Made by a program: the position numbers and the translations under genes
Notes under the pieces: generated by a model
Database searches by the model: none
Told to the model about the DNA's origin: nothing
Seen by the model: only the letters and a program-made list of their open reading frames with translations
Origin: an uncultured Chlamydiae bacterium
Lineage (GTDB): Bacteria; Chlamydiota; Chlamydiia; Chlamydiales; SM23-39
Assembly (NCBI GenBank): GCA_963828125.1
Contig: CAWHDP010000002.1
Coordinates: 64,001 to 128,000, forward strand
Direction of reading: 5' to 3'
Length of the DNA: 64,000 nt
In this document: positions 42,145 to 53,191 of the stretch, one piece after another
Layout of the letters: every line of letters begins with the position of its first letter
How positions within the stretch are numbered: position 1 is the first letter of the stretch

Positions 42145-43790
42145 ACATAAGCCCCCTTGCAGGCAAATTGCCGCCTCCCGAGTTGCTGATTGATGCTTCC
42201 AAACTCATTCAAGCTTATTACAAAGGCGTGCCCGATCCTTCTGTCCCTGCGCAGCGGGTCGAATTCGGCACCTCCGGCCACCGCGGCTCTTCTTTGAGCG
42301 CGAGCTTCAACGAGCATCATATTCTCGCAATCACTCAGGCGATCTGTCTGTATCGGAACCAATACCACATCGACGGACCCCTCTTCTTAGGGATGGACAC
42401 CCATGCCCTCTCTATGCCAGCCTTTAAGACGGCTCTTGAAGTGCTTGCCGCGAACGGAGTCGCCGTGATGGTCTCTGAGGGAGACGAATATACGCCGACT
42501 CCCGTTATTTCGCATGCGATCCTCGTCTATAACCGAGGTCGAAAGACCGGGTGTGCCGACGGCATTGTGGTCACCCCTTCTCACAATCCTCCAGATCAGG
42601 GGGGCTTTAAGTACAATTCTTCAAATGGAGGCCCCGCGGATCCATCGGCCACCGATTGGATTCAGGAGAGAGCCAATGAATTATTGGAAAGGGGACTCTC
42701 TGGCGTCAAGAGGATTGGGTCGGCAGGAACGGTCCGGAAGTATGATTACCGCAAAGCCTATATCAGAGATCTTGGCTCTGTCATCGATATGGAGACGATC
42801 CGGAAATCGGGGATTCGCATTGGAGTCGATCCGCTCGGCGGCGCTGGTCTCCATTATTGGGAGCCAATTGCCGATCTCTACGGGATCGATCTGACTGTCG
42901 TCAATCAAACCATCGACCCCACTTTTCGCTTTATGAGCGTCGATTGGGATGGGAAGATCCGGATGGATCCCTCTTCTTCCTATGCGATGGCTGGACTCAT
43001 CGGTTTGAAGGATCGCTTCGATATTGCCTTTGCCTGCGACACAGATCACGATAGGCACGGGATCGTCGCTAAGAGCTGCGGACTCATGCCGGCGAATCAT
43101 TACCTCTCGGCTGCCATTCTCTATCTGTTTCAAAATCGCCCCCACTGGTCGAAACGGGCCGCTGTGGGGAAAACTCTCGTCAGTAGCGGAATGATCGATC
43201 GAGTGGCAGATAAACTAGGCCGCAAGCTCTATGAGGTTCCTGTCGGCTTCAAGTGGTTTGTCCAGGGGCTCTTGGACGGCTCTCTCAGCTTTGCAGGGGA
43301 GGAGAGCGCAGGGGGCTCGTTTTCCCGCATGGACGGAACCGTCTGGACGACAGACAAAGATGGGATCATTCTCGCCCTCCTCTCGGCCGAGATGAGAGCA
43401 GCGCTCGGAAGAGATCCCGGAGAGCTCTATCAAGATTTAACGGCTGAATTTGGAACTTCAGCCTATGCCCTCATTGAGGCCCCTGCGACCGCGGCTCAGA
43501 AGAAAATTTTGAAAAACTTGAGTCCAGACAAAATCCGATCCAAAAAACTCGGAGGAGAGGAGATCCTATCTATCCTGACCCAAGCGCCAGGCAACAACGC
43601 TCCCATCGGCGGACTCAAAGTGATCACTGCCAATGGGTGGTTTGCCGCCCGCCCCTCAGGGACGGAGAGCCTCTACAAAATATACGGGGAAAGCTTTCTC
43701 GGAAAAGAGCATTTGAACCAGATTCTCAAAGAGGCTCAAACGATCGTTTCCGAAACTCTTCTTTCAGCGGTCCCCTCCGATTTCCCTTAA
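42141..43790 (+). CDS. pgm: Phosphoglucomutase (E. coli-type)
   Basis: FGTSGHRG, TPSHNP, DTDHDR, GEESAG, RPSGTE. ATGA overlap with glgP. Confidence 0.97.
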   Translation: MNISPLAGKLPPPELLIDASKLIQAYYKGVPDPSVPAQRVEFGTSGHRGSSLSASFNEHHILAITQAICLYRNQYHIDGPLFLGMDTHALSMPAFKTALEVLAANGVAVMVSEGDEYTPTPVISHAILVYNRGRKTGCADGIVVTPSHNPPDQGGFKYNSSNGGPADPSATDWIQERANELLERGLSGVKRIGSAGTVRKYDYRKAYIRDLGSVIDMETIRKSGIRIGVDPLGGAGLHYWEPIADLYGIDLTVVNQTIDPTFRFMSVDWDGKIRMDPSSSYAMAGLIGLKDRFDIAFACDTDHDRHGIVAKSCGLMPANHYLSAAILYLFQNRPHWSKRAAVGKTLVSSGMIDRVADKLGRKLYEVPVGFKWFVQGLLDGSLSFAGEESAGGSFSRMDGTVWTTDKDGIILALLSAEMRAALGRDPGELYQDLTAEFGTSAYALIEAPATAAQKKILKNLSPDKIRSKKLGGEEILSILTQAPGNNAPIGGLKVITANGWFAARPSGTESLYKIYGESFLGKEHLNQILKEAQTIVSETLLSAVPSDFP

Positions 43791-43872
43791 GCTGGACATT
43801 GGCCATTTATCGGCGCTGCGCGCCCTGGATCTTTGCCCCGCAGCGCCGATAAATGGCCAATTTCCAGCTTAA
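43787..43872. repeat. Family-2 palindrome (86 bp)
   Basis: 34-bp inverted arms ttaagctggacattggccatttatcggcgctgcg with 1 mismatch. Partial copies at ~657-678, ~36006-36022 and ~39568-39583. Confidence 0.9.
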
Positions 43873-43994
43873 TGGGTTGTTAAATAATAAATTCTTTAAA
43901 ATTCAATGTAAGTGATTTTTTTGTAAATTTATGTTTGATTTTATTATAGTTTTTGTTAAAATATAGTGATAAGGAATAAAATTAACGGTATGCC

Positions 43995-44756
43995 ATGAAT
44001 TCAATAAAATATATGGGCGCTGCAGGCGCAACGGCTTTAGTGTCTGCTGGAGCCTATTTTGGGTATCAAGCTACGCAATCATATAGCGCATTGCTGGACA
44101 CCTCGCTCAAATGTTCGGATATGATGGGCGAATATCTAGGGATTTTTATAGGTCTGTGGAAGGAAGCCAATAGTTTTTCATTTGACAAAATCACACAATT
44201 GCCTCAACATGCCGCATCACAACTTAGGATAGGAAAACTGGTAACCGAGATGGGAATAGAGTATGGGGGCGAGCGGGCTGTGCGTGTCGCGGTGGAGGCG
44301 TTTCAAGCGGGTACAACTCTCCAGACAAATGAATTAAATGAATTGCCTTTTGTATTTTGTGACAATGGAGGGGGTTGGCAACCTATTCTGCGTGCGGCTT
44401 GCTCCGCTGCTATTTGTTTTAGTCTTGCTGCATACGTATGTTACAAGTTAACGAGCCGTAAACAAAACCCGCTCAAACAAAAGATTGAACAAGATAAAAA
44501 AGAGGCAGCAAAAGCGACGAGTGCGAAGGAGCAGATGACTACGAAATCTCCGACGCCAAAAGCCGTGGTTGTTCAGCCTGTGCGATCAACTACAGAAGAG
44601 GGTCCAAAAGAGGATGCGCTGCGGGTGACAAATGAGCCTGCTTCTACGAATATAGAAAATTCAGATGCAGAGAGAGTGCGCCGCGAACAAGAACAACGGG
44701 CAAGCTGGGTTGCCAACAAAAGCCAGAGATACCGGTCTAAACTCACAAATAAGTAG
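43995..44756 (+). CDS. Orphan membrane protein
   Basis: Two hydrophobic segments and a charged low-complexity tail. AT-rich upstream region. Confidence 0.65.
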   Translation: MNSIKYMGAAGATALVSAGAYFGYQATQSYSALLDTSLKCSDMMGEYLGIFIGLWKEANSFSFDKITQLPQHAASQLRIGKLVTEMGIEYGGERAVRVAVEAFQAGTTLQTNELNELPFVFCDNGGGWQPILRAACSAAICFSLAAYVCYKLTSRKQNPLKQKIEQDKKEAAKATSAKEQMTTKSPTPKAVVVQPVRSTTEEGPKEDALRVTNEPASTNIENSDAERVRREQEQRASWVANKSQRYRSKLTNK

Positions 44757-46938
44757 AAATCGGATCCACATCCACCTTAGCGCCGGGGAGATCGTTCAGA
44801 TGCTCCCCCATTTGACTCATCTTAAAGACTTTGATCAGGAATTGAAAGCGGTATAGATCCTTCACTTTCGCATGCCCGGATGGCATGACGGGGAGGATTT
44901 CGACGGGAGGCGGCAGGAGCTTTTTTAGTTTTTTGCGGGCCTCTTCGGCCAGGCCTCTGGCGATTTCTGGATCTTTGTCGGAGAAGAGGAGTTTCACTAG
45001 GTGGCAAAACGGAGGGTAGGAGAAGCTTTGCCTCTCGGCGATCTCTGTGGCGTAGAACGAGGGGTAGTCTTGGGCGGCGGCGAGGCGTAGCGTTGGATGG
45101 TCGGGCAAAAAGGTCTGGATGATCACCTCGCCAGCCAGTTCGGCTCTCCCTGCCCTCCCTGCGACTTGGGTCAGGAGCTGAAAGACCTGTTCAGAGGAGC
45201 GGAAATCGGGAATGCCCAGGCTTGCGTCGGCATTGAGCACGCCGACGAGCGTTACTGAGGGGAAGTGGAACCCTTTGGCGATCATCTGCGTGCCGATGAG
45301 GACGTCGGCTTTGTGGGCGCGGAACTGCTTAAACATCTCTTCGTGGCTGTTTTTTTTGCCGGTGGTGTCCCGATCCATCCGGAGGGTTCGGACTTCGGGC
45401 AAAATCGCGTGGAGGGTCCGTTCGACGTGTTCAGTTCCAAAGCCGCGAAACTGGAGCGATTCGGGGTGTTCGCATTGAGGACATCTGCGCGGGGCTTGCT
45501 GTTTGTAATCGCAGAGATGGCATTGCAGGTAGTTCGCTTCTTTGTGGAAGGTGAGCGAGAGATCGCAGTGGGGACATTTAATGACGTGCCGACAGCTGCT
45601 GCACACTTGCATCCGGTGGTAGCCCCGCCGGTTGAGGAGGAGAAGGGATTGCTCGCCGTTTTGGAGCCGCTTTTTTAAGGCGTCGAGCAGTTCATCGCAA
45701 AAATGGGTAAAGCCGCCGGAGAGCTCAAAGGCCCGTTTCATGTCGATGATCTTGACAGAGGGAAGGGGGGCTGAGGTGGCCCTCGTCTTAAGGGCGTGGA
45801 ATTGGTATTTGCCGATCTCGGCGTTGTAGCGCGATTCAATGGAGGGGGTGGCGCTCCCGAGGATGACGACGCAGTTTTCAAAGTAGCCCCGCATCACTGC
45901 AGTGTCCCTCCCATGATAGCAGGGGATCTCATCGCCTTGCTTATAGGAGCTATCGTGCTCTTCGTCGACGATGATGAGGCCGAGGTTCTGGGCAGGACAG
46001 AAGAGGGCCGATCTAGCGCCAATGACGAGTTTGGCTTCCCCTCTCCGAAGCTCTTCCCAGGCGGTGGTCCGCTCGCCAAGGCTCCGCCGATGGTGTAGAA
46101 TGGCGATTTTCTCCGAAAAACGGGCTTTAAATCGTTCAATGGTCTGCGAGGTGAGGGAGATCTCGGGAACAAGCATGATCGCTGTTTTATTTCGCTCTAA
46201 GGCGGCCTGAATCGCTTGCATATACACTTCGGTCTTGCCGCTGCCGGTGACTCCATGCACCAAATGGGTGGCAAAACGGCCTTGGCTCTCTGAGGCCAAT
46301 ATCGCCTCCAGACACGCTTGCTGCTCTCCATTCAAGACTTTGGCAAATGTCGGAAAAAATTCCTCTTCGAGCCATAAATCTGCATTGACCCTCATGGCCC
46401 GCGCTTCGATCCACTTCTTTTTGACTAAGCTTTTGACGGCGCTCTCTGATACGTCCAGGTCGGCTAAATAGGCTCCCTTGGGCACATGAAGGAGTTTTTC
46501 CAGCGCCTCTGCTTGCGCCGGATGCTTCGATCTGAGCTGTCCGATCGCCTCGATGCAGGCGTTGTGGCTTTGGGCCAAACTCAAAAAAATCTGCGTCTTT
46601 TCTTTCACCTCTTTCCGAACATTGACCGGAATGAAGCACTTCAGAACTCTCTGCAGCGGCGCAGCATAATACTTCGCCATCCAATGGGCAAGCTTCCATT
46701 GGGCCTCCGACAATTCTCCCCCTTCGGAAAGGAGCCTGGCTATGGGTTTGACGTTGGGCCATTTACTGCTATCTTTGATTTTTGTGATCGTCCCTTTTTT
46801 CAGCGCCGATTTCAGCGGCACTTCAACTCGCATCCCCACCTCAACCCGAAAGGGGGCGGGCGCTATGTAATCGAGCGGCCTCGCTAAATTTTGATCGAGG
46901 AGAACCTCTACGAAAATTTCTGACACAAAGCCCTCCAC
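44743..46938 (-). CDS. priA: Primosomal protein N'
   Basis: GVTGSGKTEVY, DEEH, four CxxC motifs, QVAGRAGR. Confidence 0.98.
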   Translation of the reverse strand: MEGFVSEIFVEVLLDQNLARPLDYIAPAPFRVEVGMRVEVPLKSALKKGTITKIKDSSKWPNVKPIARLLSEGGELSEAQWKLAHWMAKYYAAPLQRVLKCFIPVNVRKEVKEKTQIFLSLAQSHNACIEAIGQLRSKHPAQAEALEKLLHVPKGAYLADLDVSESAVKSLVKKKWIEARAMRVNADLWLEEEFFPTFAKVLNGEQQACLEAILASESQGRFATHLVHGVTGSGKTEVYMQAIQAALERNKTAIMLVPEISLTSQTIERFKARFSEKIAILHHRRSLGERTTAWEELRRGEAKLVIGARSALFCPAQNLGLIIVDEEHDSSYKQGDEIPCYHGRDTAVMRGYFENCVVILGSATPSIESRYNAEIGKYQFHALKTRATSAPLPSVKIIDMKRAFELSGGFTHFCDELLDALKKRLQNGEQSLLLLNRRGYHRMQVCSSCRHVIKCPHCDLSLTFHKEANYLQCHLCDYKQQAPRRCPQCEHPESLQFRGFGTEHVERTLHAILPEVRTLRMDRDTTGKKNSHEEMFKQFRAHKADVLIGTQMIAKGFHFPSVTLVGVLNADASLGIPDFRSSEQVFQLLTQVAGRAGRAELAGEVIIQTFLPDHPTLRLAAAQDYPSFYATEIAERQSFSYPPFCHLVKLLFSDKDPEIARGLAEEARKKLKKLLPPPVEILPVMPSGHAKVKDLYRFQFLIKVFKMSQMGEHLNDLPGAKVDVDPISTYL

Positions 46939-47636
46939 AAAGAGCGCTTGAGCGAGGGATCTTTCAAATAGAGCGATAGGTCGGGGAGCAAAAAGATTGG
47001 AACATTCCCCAGTACACGGATCCCTTGAGCGGGGGTCTCTTTATAAAATTGCATGAGAGCGCCCAATTGCCAAAGTGTATAGTCGCAAACCACAACCGCC
47101 TTCAAGCCGGCGACCGACAAAAAGGCGCCCCACTGCTTCTCTTTTTCGATCCCTTCGGCTTGGACGATTTTGGCGGGGCCGAAATAGACGTCCAAAGCCG
47201 TGGCGATCTCCTCTAAAAAAGCCCTTTGTTCCGGTTGTTCTTGGTAGACGAGAATGGAAATCGGCGCGCTCTGATTTTTGGTTTTCCATCGCTCCGCGAT
47301 TTTCCGAGCTGTTTCGTCGCTCGGCGTCTCGTTCAAAATCATCAGTTCCGGAGCCACTACAGAAAGAATATTTTTCACCGACAATAAATCAAACGACGGT
47401 CTCGGCTCCTTCACGGCCTCTTTCGCCGCTACAATTTCTTTAAGGGGCGGCGGCTCTGCCACTTTCGGCGGAACTGGGATTTCGATCTTCGTCTCTACCT
47501 TGAGCTTCTGTGGTTTATATTTGGCTTTTCTAAAGAATTCCGCATCTTCGGAACTGGCCATGACAGGGCCGTACTCTCTTAGAAGCTCAACGATTAAGTC
47601 TACTGTCTCATCTCGGGGCGGCATGGCGTTTCCCAT
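46908..47636 (-). CDS. Hypothetical protein, conserved chlamydial priA neighbour
   Basis: Overlaps priA. C-terminus DPSLKRSLWRAL. Confidence 0.7.
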   Translation of the reverse strand: MGNAMPPRDETVDLIVELLREYGPVMASSEDAEFFRKAKYKPQKLKVETKIEIPVPPKVAEPPPLKEIVAAKEAVKEPRPSFDLLSVKNILSVVAPELMILNETPSDETARKIAERWKTKNQSAPISILVYQEQPEQRAFLEEIATALDVYFGPAKIVQAEGIEKEKQWGAFLSVAGLKAVVVCDYTLWQLGALMQFYKETPAQGIRVLGNVPIFLLPDLSLYLKDPSLKRSLWRALCQKFS

Positions 47637-48349
47637 TGGATGGCGTCGACGAGCGGCTCCACAGAGGTGAGGAATGTGGTGAAGCCTCTTCGCGTATACC
47701 CCTCGTGAATGGCGGCGCGGAGCTGATCGTGGCCGGCGGGGAAAAAACTCTGCAAAAGCTCCTCGATCTTCCTTTCTCCGAGGTGCCTGTTGAAATGGTC
47801 TTTATTCTCAATGAGATAAATAAGGAAATTTTCATCTGAGCGGGCCTCCTTGAGGAAGGGGGAGAGGGCTGTGAAAAAACGGCAGAGTTTATCAAAAAGA
47901 TCAGAATAGAGCCCCATCAGTTGTTCGAGCATTTCTTCAAGAGGGTACCGATTCGGCACTTTTTTCCACACCATGATTTTTGATTTCATGACAAGAATCG
48001 ATTTTCTCATCTCCTCCATCACTACGGTCACTTCGGGATCGGTGACATGAGACGCTTGTAGCAAGATTTCTGAATAAAAGCACAGTTTATCGAGGACGCT
48101 CCCTCTTTGGGCGAAGGGGTTTTCTAAAGAAAAAAGGTAGATTTTTTCCAATTCCTTGGAAATGGAGGCGATCTCCTTTTTTAGATGCATCCCTATTAAT
48201 TGGAACGGAGTAGATCCCTTCAGCTCTTGCACAAGATCGAACGCATCGATGAGAGCCTGCAAAATAAATTGGATGCTCAGAGATCTCGCTACAGGCGCCT
48301 CCAAGTTCGGGGGAAAGACAGACCATGGGTTGAGACTGCGCATAAACAC
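47600..48349 (-). CDS. Hypothetical protein
   Basis: 249-aa helical ORF in the same operon. Confidence 0.7.
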   Translation of the reverse strand: MFMRSLNPWSVFPPNLEAPVARSLSIQFILQALIDAFDLVQELKGSTPFQLIGMHLKKEIASISKELEKIYLFSLENPFAQRGSVLDKLCFYSEILLQASHVTDPEVTVVMEEMRKSILVMKSKIMVWKKVPNRYPLEEMLEQLMGLYSDLFDKLCRFFTALSPFLKEARSDENFLIYLIENKDHFNRHLGERKIEELLQSFFPAGHDQLRAAIHEGYTRRGFTTFLTSVEPLVDAIQWETPCRPEMRQ

Positions 48350-48461
48350 CGGAGTGACAAGACCAGACAGACTAGCACATCTTGGTTATTGAGAAAAGAA
48401 AATTGAATCTTTCCTTCTCCCCGTGCTATAACAGGGTTGAAAGCATGGAAGAATGGGGCTT

Positions 48462-49630
48462 ATGAACCTCCACGAGTATCAAGCGAAAAAAATTTTAAAA
48501 AAATATGGGATCGCGATTCCAGAATTCGGTGTCGCGGCCACTGTTGAAGAGGCGCGGCGCGTAGCCGATGAACACCATTGGAACGAGGCGGTGCTGAAAA
48601 TCCAGGTTCATGCCGGAGGCAGGGGAAAGGCGGGCGGAGTGAAATTCGCGAAGTCCAAAGAGGAGATTGTCCGGTGCGCTCAAGAGCTCATTGGGATGAA
48701 AATGGTCAACGGGCAGACTGGCCCGGAGGGGGTTGTTGCTGAACGGGTGCTCCTCTCCAACCGATCGAGATCGAGAAGGAGTTTTATATCGGCGCCTTGA
48801 TTGATCGGGATCGGGCAGTTCCCCTTCTCATCGCCTCGCCCGAAGGGGGGATGGAGATTGAGGAGATCGCCCAGAAGTCGCCCGAAAAGATTTTAAAGAT
48901 GCCGTTTGCCTTCAATGGCCATTTGCGCCCCTACCAGATTCTCCGCTTGGCGAAATTCATGGGCTGGAGCGGGGATTTGGCCCGCAAGGGGGCCGTACTT
49001 GCGCAGGGGATCGCCAAGTGTTTCATCGACTCCGATGCATCGCTTTTGGAGATCAACCCCCTCGTCCTTGCGAAAGGGGGCGATCTGTTAGCTCTCGATG
49101 CAAAGCTTAGCGTCGACGACAACGCTCTCTTTCGCCAATCGGAGATCTTCTCTTTTTATGATCCGACTCAAGCATCGCCGCAAGAGGCTGCGGCTAAAGA
49201 GTTTGAGCTTGCTTATATCGCGATGCACGGGAATATTGGCTGTATGGTCAACGGAGCCGGGCTTGCCATGGCGACGATGGATATCATTCGCCTTCACGGC
49301 GGCGCACCTGCCAATTTTCTTGACGTCGGAGGCGGCGCCTCGAAAGAAAAAGTGGCCGAGGGGTTTCGGATTATCCTCGGCGATCCGAATGTGAGGGCCG
49401 TTTTAGTCAATATTTTTGGAGGCATCATGAATTGCGCAACGCTCGCGGAGGGGGTCATTCACGCTTGTCAAGAGCAGCGGATTAAAATTCCGATTGTGAT
49501 CCGGATGGAAGGGACGAATGTTGAGGAGGGGAAGCGGCTGTTTAAAGAGAGTCGTCTGAAAATCATGATAGCGACAAATTTATTGCAGGCGGCGGAACTC
49601 ACAGTCCGAGCTGCGAAGGGGTCAGTATGA
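48462..49630 (+). CDS. sucC: Succinyl-CoA synthetase beta (1-nt frameshift at ~48760)
   Basis: [18 protein letters not shown], then [23 protein letters not shown]. Adding one A to tccaaccg restores [11 protein letters not shown]. Confidence 0.93.
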
Positions 49631-50496
49631 TTTTAGTGAATAAAAAAACCAGGGTGATCGTCCAGGGGATCACCGGCCAGTCGGGGAAATTTCACGCTGA
49701 GCAGTGCAAAGAGTATGGGACTCAGATTGTCGGCGGCGTAACGCCGGGCAAAGGGGGAATCGAGGTGTTGGGCGTCCCTGTTTTTGACACTGTTTGGGAG
49801 GCGAAAACAGCCGTTCATCCCGACGCGACGCTTATTTTTGTCCCCGCCCCTTTTGCAGCTGATGCGATCCTTGAAGCCGAAGATGCGGGGATCCCTCTCA
49901 TCGTCTGCATCACAGAGGGGATTCCTGTGCGCGATATGCTTGAGGTGAAGCGGGTCATGAACAGTTCTCAGTCAAAGCTCATCGGCCCCAACTGTCCGGG
50001 GATCATCACTCCTGGCGAATGCAAAATCGGGATTATGCCCGGATATATTCATAAACGGGGGAACGTCGGAATCGTATCTCGTTCAGGTACGCTTACCTAC
50101 GAAGCTGTTTGGCAAACTACTCAGCTAGGCATGGGTCAATCGAGCTGTGTCGGGATCGGCGGCGATCCGCTGAACGGGACGAATTTCATTGATATCCTGA
50201 AACTTTTTCAAGCCGATCCAGAGACTCAGGCGGTACTTTTGATCGGCGAAATTGGCGGAGACGCCGAAGAGCAAGCAGCCGAATGGGTGAAAGCCCACTT
50301 CACAAAGCCGCTCGCCGTTTTCATCGCCGGCGCCACCGCCCCGCCCGGCAAACGGATGGGCCATGCAGGCGCTATTATTTCGGGGGGCAAGGGGACAGCC
50401 GCCGATAAATTTGCCGCTTTTGAAAAAGTGGGAGCCACCATTACAAAAAGTCCCGCTGAAATGGGACATGCCGTCCAAAGGGCGATGAAGAGATGA
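49627..50496 (+). CDS. sucD: Succinyl-CoA synthetase alpha
   Basis: [32 protein letters not shown]. Confidence 0.99.
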   Translation: MILVNKKTRVIVQGITGQSGKFHAEQCKEYGTQIVGGVTPGKGGIEVLGVPVFDTVWEAKTAVHPDATLIFVPAPFAADAILEAEDAGIPLIVCITEGIPVRDMLEVKRVMNSSQSKLIGPNCPGIITPGECKIGIMPGYIHKRGNVGIVSRSGTLTYEAVWQTTQLGMGQSSCVGIGGDPLNGTNFIDILKLFQADPETQAVLLIGEIGGDAEEQAAEWVKAHFTKPLAVFIAGATAPPGKRMGHAGAIISGGKGTAADKFAAFEKVGATITKSPAEMGHAVQRAMKR

Positions 50497-51629
50497 TCGA
50501 ATTTCCCGGATCCATTCCTGTCTCTATCCACCCTTTTTTCTGGCTTTTTGCCGGCTTGATCGGCTGGATCAACAGCGGAACAGTGATAGGCGCTTTCATT
50601 TGGCTCGGCATTATTTTTTTTTCCGTCCTGATCCACGAGTTTGGACACGCCCTCACCGCAGTCTTTTTTAAACAAAAAGCTCGCATTCAGCTCGTCGCCT
50701 TCGGCGGCCTCACTCAATTTGACGGACCCAAACTCAAATTTTGGCAGCAGTTTGTCATCACCTTCAACGGGCCGCTCTTCGGCTTTTTTCTCTTTCTTTT
50801 TGCAACGGCGCTCCTTCAAATCTCCTTCCCTCCCCCCATTCTGAAAATCCTGAGAGCGACCCAAATTGCCAACCTGTTTTGGACTGTCGTGAACCTTCTC
50901 CCTGTTCTCCCTCTCGACGGAGGGCAACTCCTCCGGATCGTCCTTGAGGCAGCCTTTGGCGTCCGGGGCTTTAAAGCCTCCCTCCTCATCGGGTCTCTCA
51001 TCGCAGTTCTTTTTGCTTTGTATTTTTTTATGCTGCAGCAGTTTCTCATCGGCGCCTTTTTTTTCCTCTTTGCCTTTCAGAGTTTTGACTCTTGGCGGAA
51101 AAGCAAACGGGCCACTAGCGACGACAGGGAAGAGGGGAATAAACAACTCATGATGCAAGCGGAAGAGGCCCTCCAAGCGGGCCAGACAGCCGAAGCGAAG
51201 CGGCTCTTGGAAGAGGTACGGCAAAAAGCCTCTGGCGGCACCCTCGCCGTGGCCGCGCAGCAGTATCTTGCTTTTTTCGACTACAAAGAGGGGAGAAAAA
51301 AAGATTGCTACGATTTGCTCTTGCCGATTAAAGACCAGTTGGCCGATGATTCTCTTTGCCTGTTGCACGAGCTGGCTGCAGAAGAGAAGAATTATCCGCT
51401 TGTAGCGGAGCTTTCAGCTAAATGCTACCAGATCGATCCGAGCCAGAAAATGGCCCTTAATAACGCCCGCGCTTTTGCCTGTCAGCGCCAGGCCAAGCCA
51501 GCGGGGGGGTGGCTCCAGACTGCTTGGCAATTTGGGAATTTAAACCTCGGAGAGATTTTGAATGAAGAGGCATTTACCGTGTTTAAAAACGACCCTGAAT
51601 TTAGGGAATTTGTAGAGGGCTTAAAATGA
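50493..51629 (+). CDS. Site-2 protease (M50) with TPR-like C-terminus
   Basis: HEFGH and [11 protein letters not shown], multiple TM helices. Confidence 0.92.
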   Translation: MIEFPGSIPVSIHPFFWLFAGLIGWINSGTVIGAFIWLGIIFFSVLIHEFGHALTAVFFKQKARIQLVAFGGLTQFDGPKLKFWQQFVITFNGPLFGFFLFLFATALLQISFPPPILKILRATQIANLFWTVVNLLPVLPLDGGQLLRIVLEAAFGVRGFKASLLIGSLIAVLFALYFFMLQQFLIGAFFFLFAFQSFDSWRKSKRATSDDREEGNKQLMMQAEEALQAGQTAEAKRLLEEVRQKASGGTLAVAAQQYLAFFDYKEGRKKDCYDLLLPIKDQLADDSLCLLHELAAEEKNYPLVAELSAKCYQIDPSQKMALNNARAFACQRQAKPAGGWLQTAWQFGNLNLGEILNEEAFTVFKNDPEFREFVEGLK

Positions 51630-52039
51630 GACAATCGACCGCTCTCCTCTGGCTCCCCCTTCTTTTAGCCTCCTGTTTTGGTGGGAACGAGTCTCTCCTT
51701 GTCCAACAATCGCTTAGCCCGAAAAAGCAACGGCAAAAGATCGCTGTTTTGCAAAAAAAGTTGGAGAGCGCTGAGAAAGAGCAGAAGAAGATTGAGACTG
51801 ACGTCGAGAAGATCGCCCGTGAAATCGATGAAGCTCAAATCGCCCTCATTCGGCGGCAGCTCGATGAGTACGAGAATCGGGCACACAACAAGGCATCTCT
51901 TTTTGTTGAAGAGAGGGAAGCCCTTTATCGGATGATCCAATCGGGCCCCTCTCCATCGGCCTTTGAAGCGCAAGTCGAACTCGACCGTATTCTCCGCCTG
52001 ATCACAGAGTTTAGCGATGGGGAAAAAACCATTTTCTAG
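51626..52039 (+). CDS. Coiled-coil lipoprotein
   Basis: LLASC lipobox, ATGA overlap with the upstream gene. Confidence 0.75.
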   Translation: MRQSTALLWLPLLLASCFGGNESLLVQQSLSPKKQRQKIAVLQKKLESAEKEQKKIETDVEKIAREIDEAQIALIRRQLDEYENRAHNKASLFVEEREALYRMIQSGPSPSAFEAQVELDRILRLITEFSDGEKTIF

Positions 52040-53153
52040 CGGCCGCTGAGGTTTTGTTGAGAGCGCAGGCTCGCGTAATTTGATTCACGTTTGGCGTGTT
52101 GACGCCTGAATTGAGTATATTGAATGTCTTGATTTTTTTGATTTTAATGAATTGAATGACCGGCTCAACACAGGTATCCCTGAAGCGGCAGCCTGATAGA
52201 TCGAGATGTTCGATCTTTGAGTGTGGGTTTTGTTGAATGGCCGAGATGAGTTCCATAAGATGCTCGTTATTGATGTCAGCCCTAGGGAGATTTAATGTTT
52301 CAATGCTGGTATTGAACCGGAGTGCATTTATTATATATGGAATAGTCGTTTTATTTATAAGTGTTCCTTGCTGTTGGTTGTGTACAGACAGGGTCACTGT
52401 TTTAATTGATTGTGTGTTTTGTAATAGCAAACTAATGTTGCCGACAGCAAATTGAGAGTAATTATGAGATGATGATAAATCTAATGTTTCCAGTAAAGAA
52501 GATAGAGCGAACGCGTTTGTTATTTCACCCTCTTCATCTTTATTAAACATAGTCATAGATTCGATGATGTGATATTTTTTTGTAATTTCATTTAAATTAA
52601 TGTGTGTTCTTAGTTTAGTAGGGTCTGCATATCTTTTGGCTTCACAGACCCAAAAAAGGGCTGTAGATAGATACCCATAAGAGAGATAACGCTCTGCAAA
52701 AGCTATCGCCCCCCTCATATCTTTGGTGTTTTGTATGAGTTTTCCTTGATCACTGAGGGTTAAGGCTGTTCGCATTTGTGGCACGGGTTGATCCATATAT
52801 CTATTTTTTTGGAGCGCTAATAGAGTTTTTGCAAAATCTGTGCTGTTTGGCCATATTTTGCATCCCTTTTCCTGCAGCTGTTTGATCGCACCAAAAAAGA
52901 GGGGGGCTCGTTCTGCTCTGATTTCATATTGCCGACTCTCTCGATCTAATGGGAGGGATTCCCCTTGAATTGTCATGATTTTGGCAATCTCCTCGCATTG
53001 ACTAAATCTAATAACGCATTCCTGGTTCTTTTTTTTGACAAATGCTATTGATAACAATCTTTCTGTAGATCGTGGGGTTTTGGCGGTAAGGTTTAAATGG
53101 ACGATCGTATTTTTATGATAACTCTGATGATAGCCCTCAAATTGGATCGACAT
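52011..53153 (-). CDS. Leucine-rich-repeat (RNI-like) orphan, putative effector
   Basis: LETLDLS, ALRFNTSIETLNL, IEHLDLSGC. Markedly AT-rich. Confidence 0.75.
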   Translation of the reverse strand: MSIQFEGYHQSYHKNTIVHLNLTAKTPRSTERLLSIAFVKKKNQECVIRFSQCEEIAKIMTIQGESLPLDRESRQYEIRAERAPLFFGAIKQLQEKGCKIWPNSTDFAKTLLALQKNRYMDQPVPQMRTALTLSDQGKLIQNTKDMRGAIAFAERYLSYGYLSTALFWVCEAKRYADPTKLRTHINLNEITKKYHIIESMTMFNKDEEGEITNAFALSSLLETLDLSSSHNYSQFAVGNISLLLQNTQSIKTVTLSVHNQQQGTLINKTTIPYIINALRFNTSIETLNLPRADINNEHLMELISAIQQNPHSKIEHLDLSGCRFRDTCVEPVIQFIKIKKIKTFNILNSGVNTPNVNQITRACALNKTSAAARKWFFPHR

Positions 53154-53191
53154 ATTTTTCCTCTTAAAATTATTTTTGATGACAAAGATGA

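Noticed and set aside
50226..51368. Long antisense ORFs (also 13950-14777, 21532-22272, 24622-25206)
   Set aside because: Shadows of well-supported genes on the opposite strand, with no motifs.
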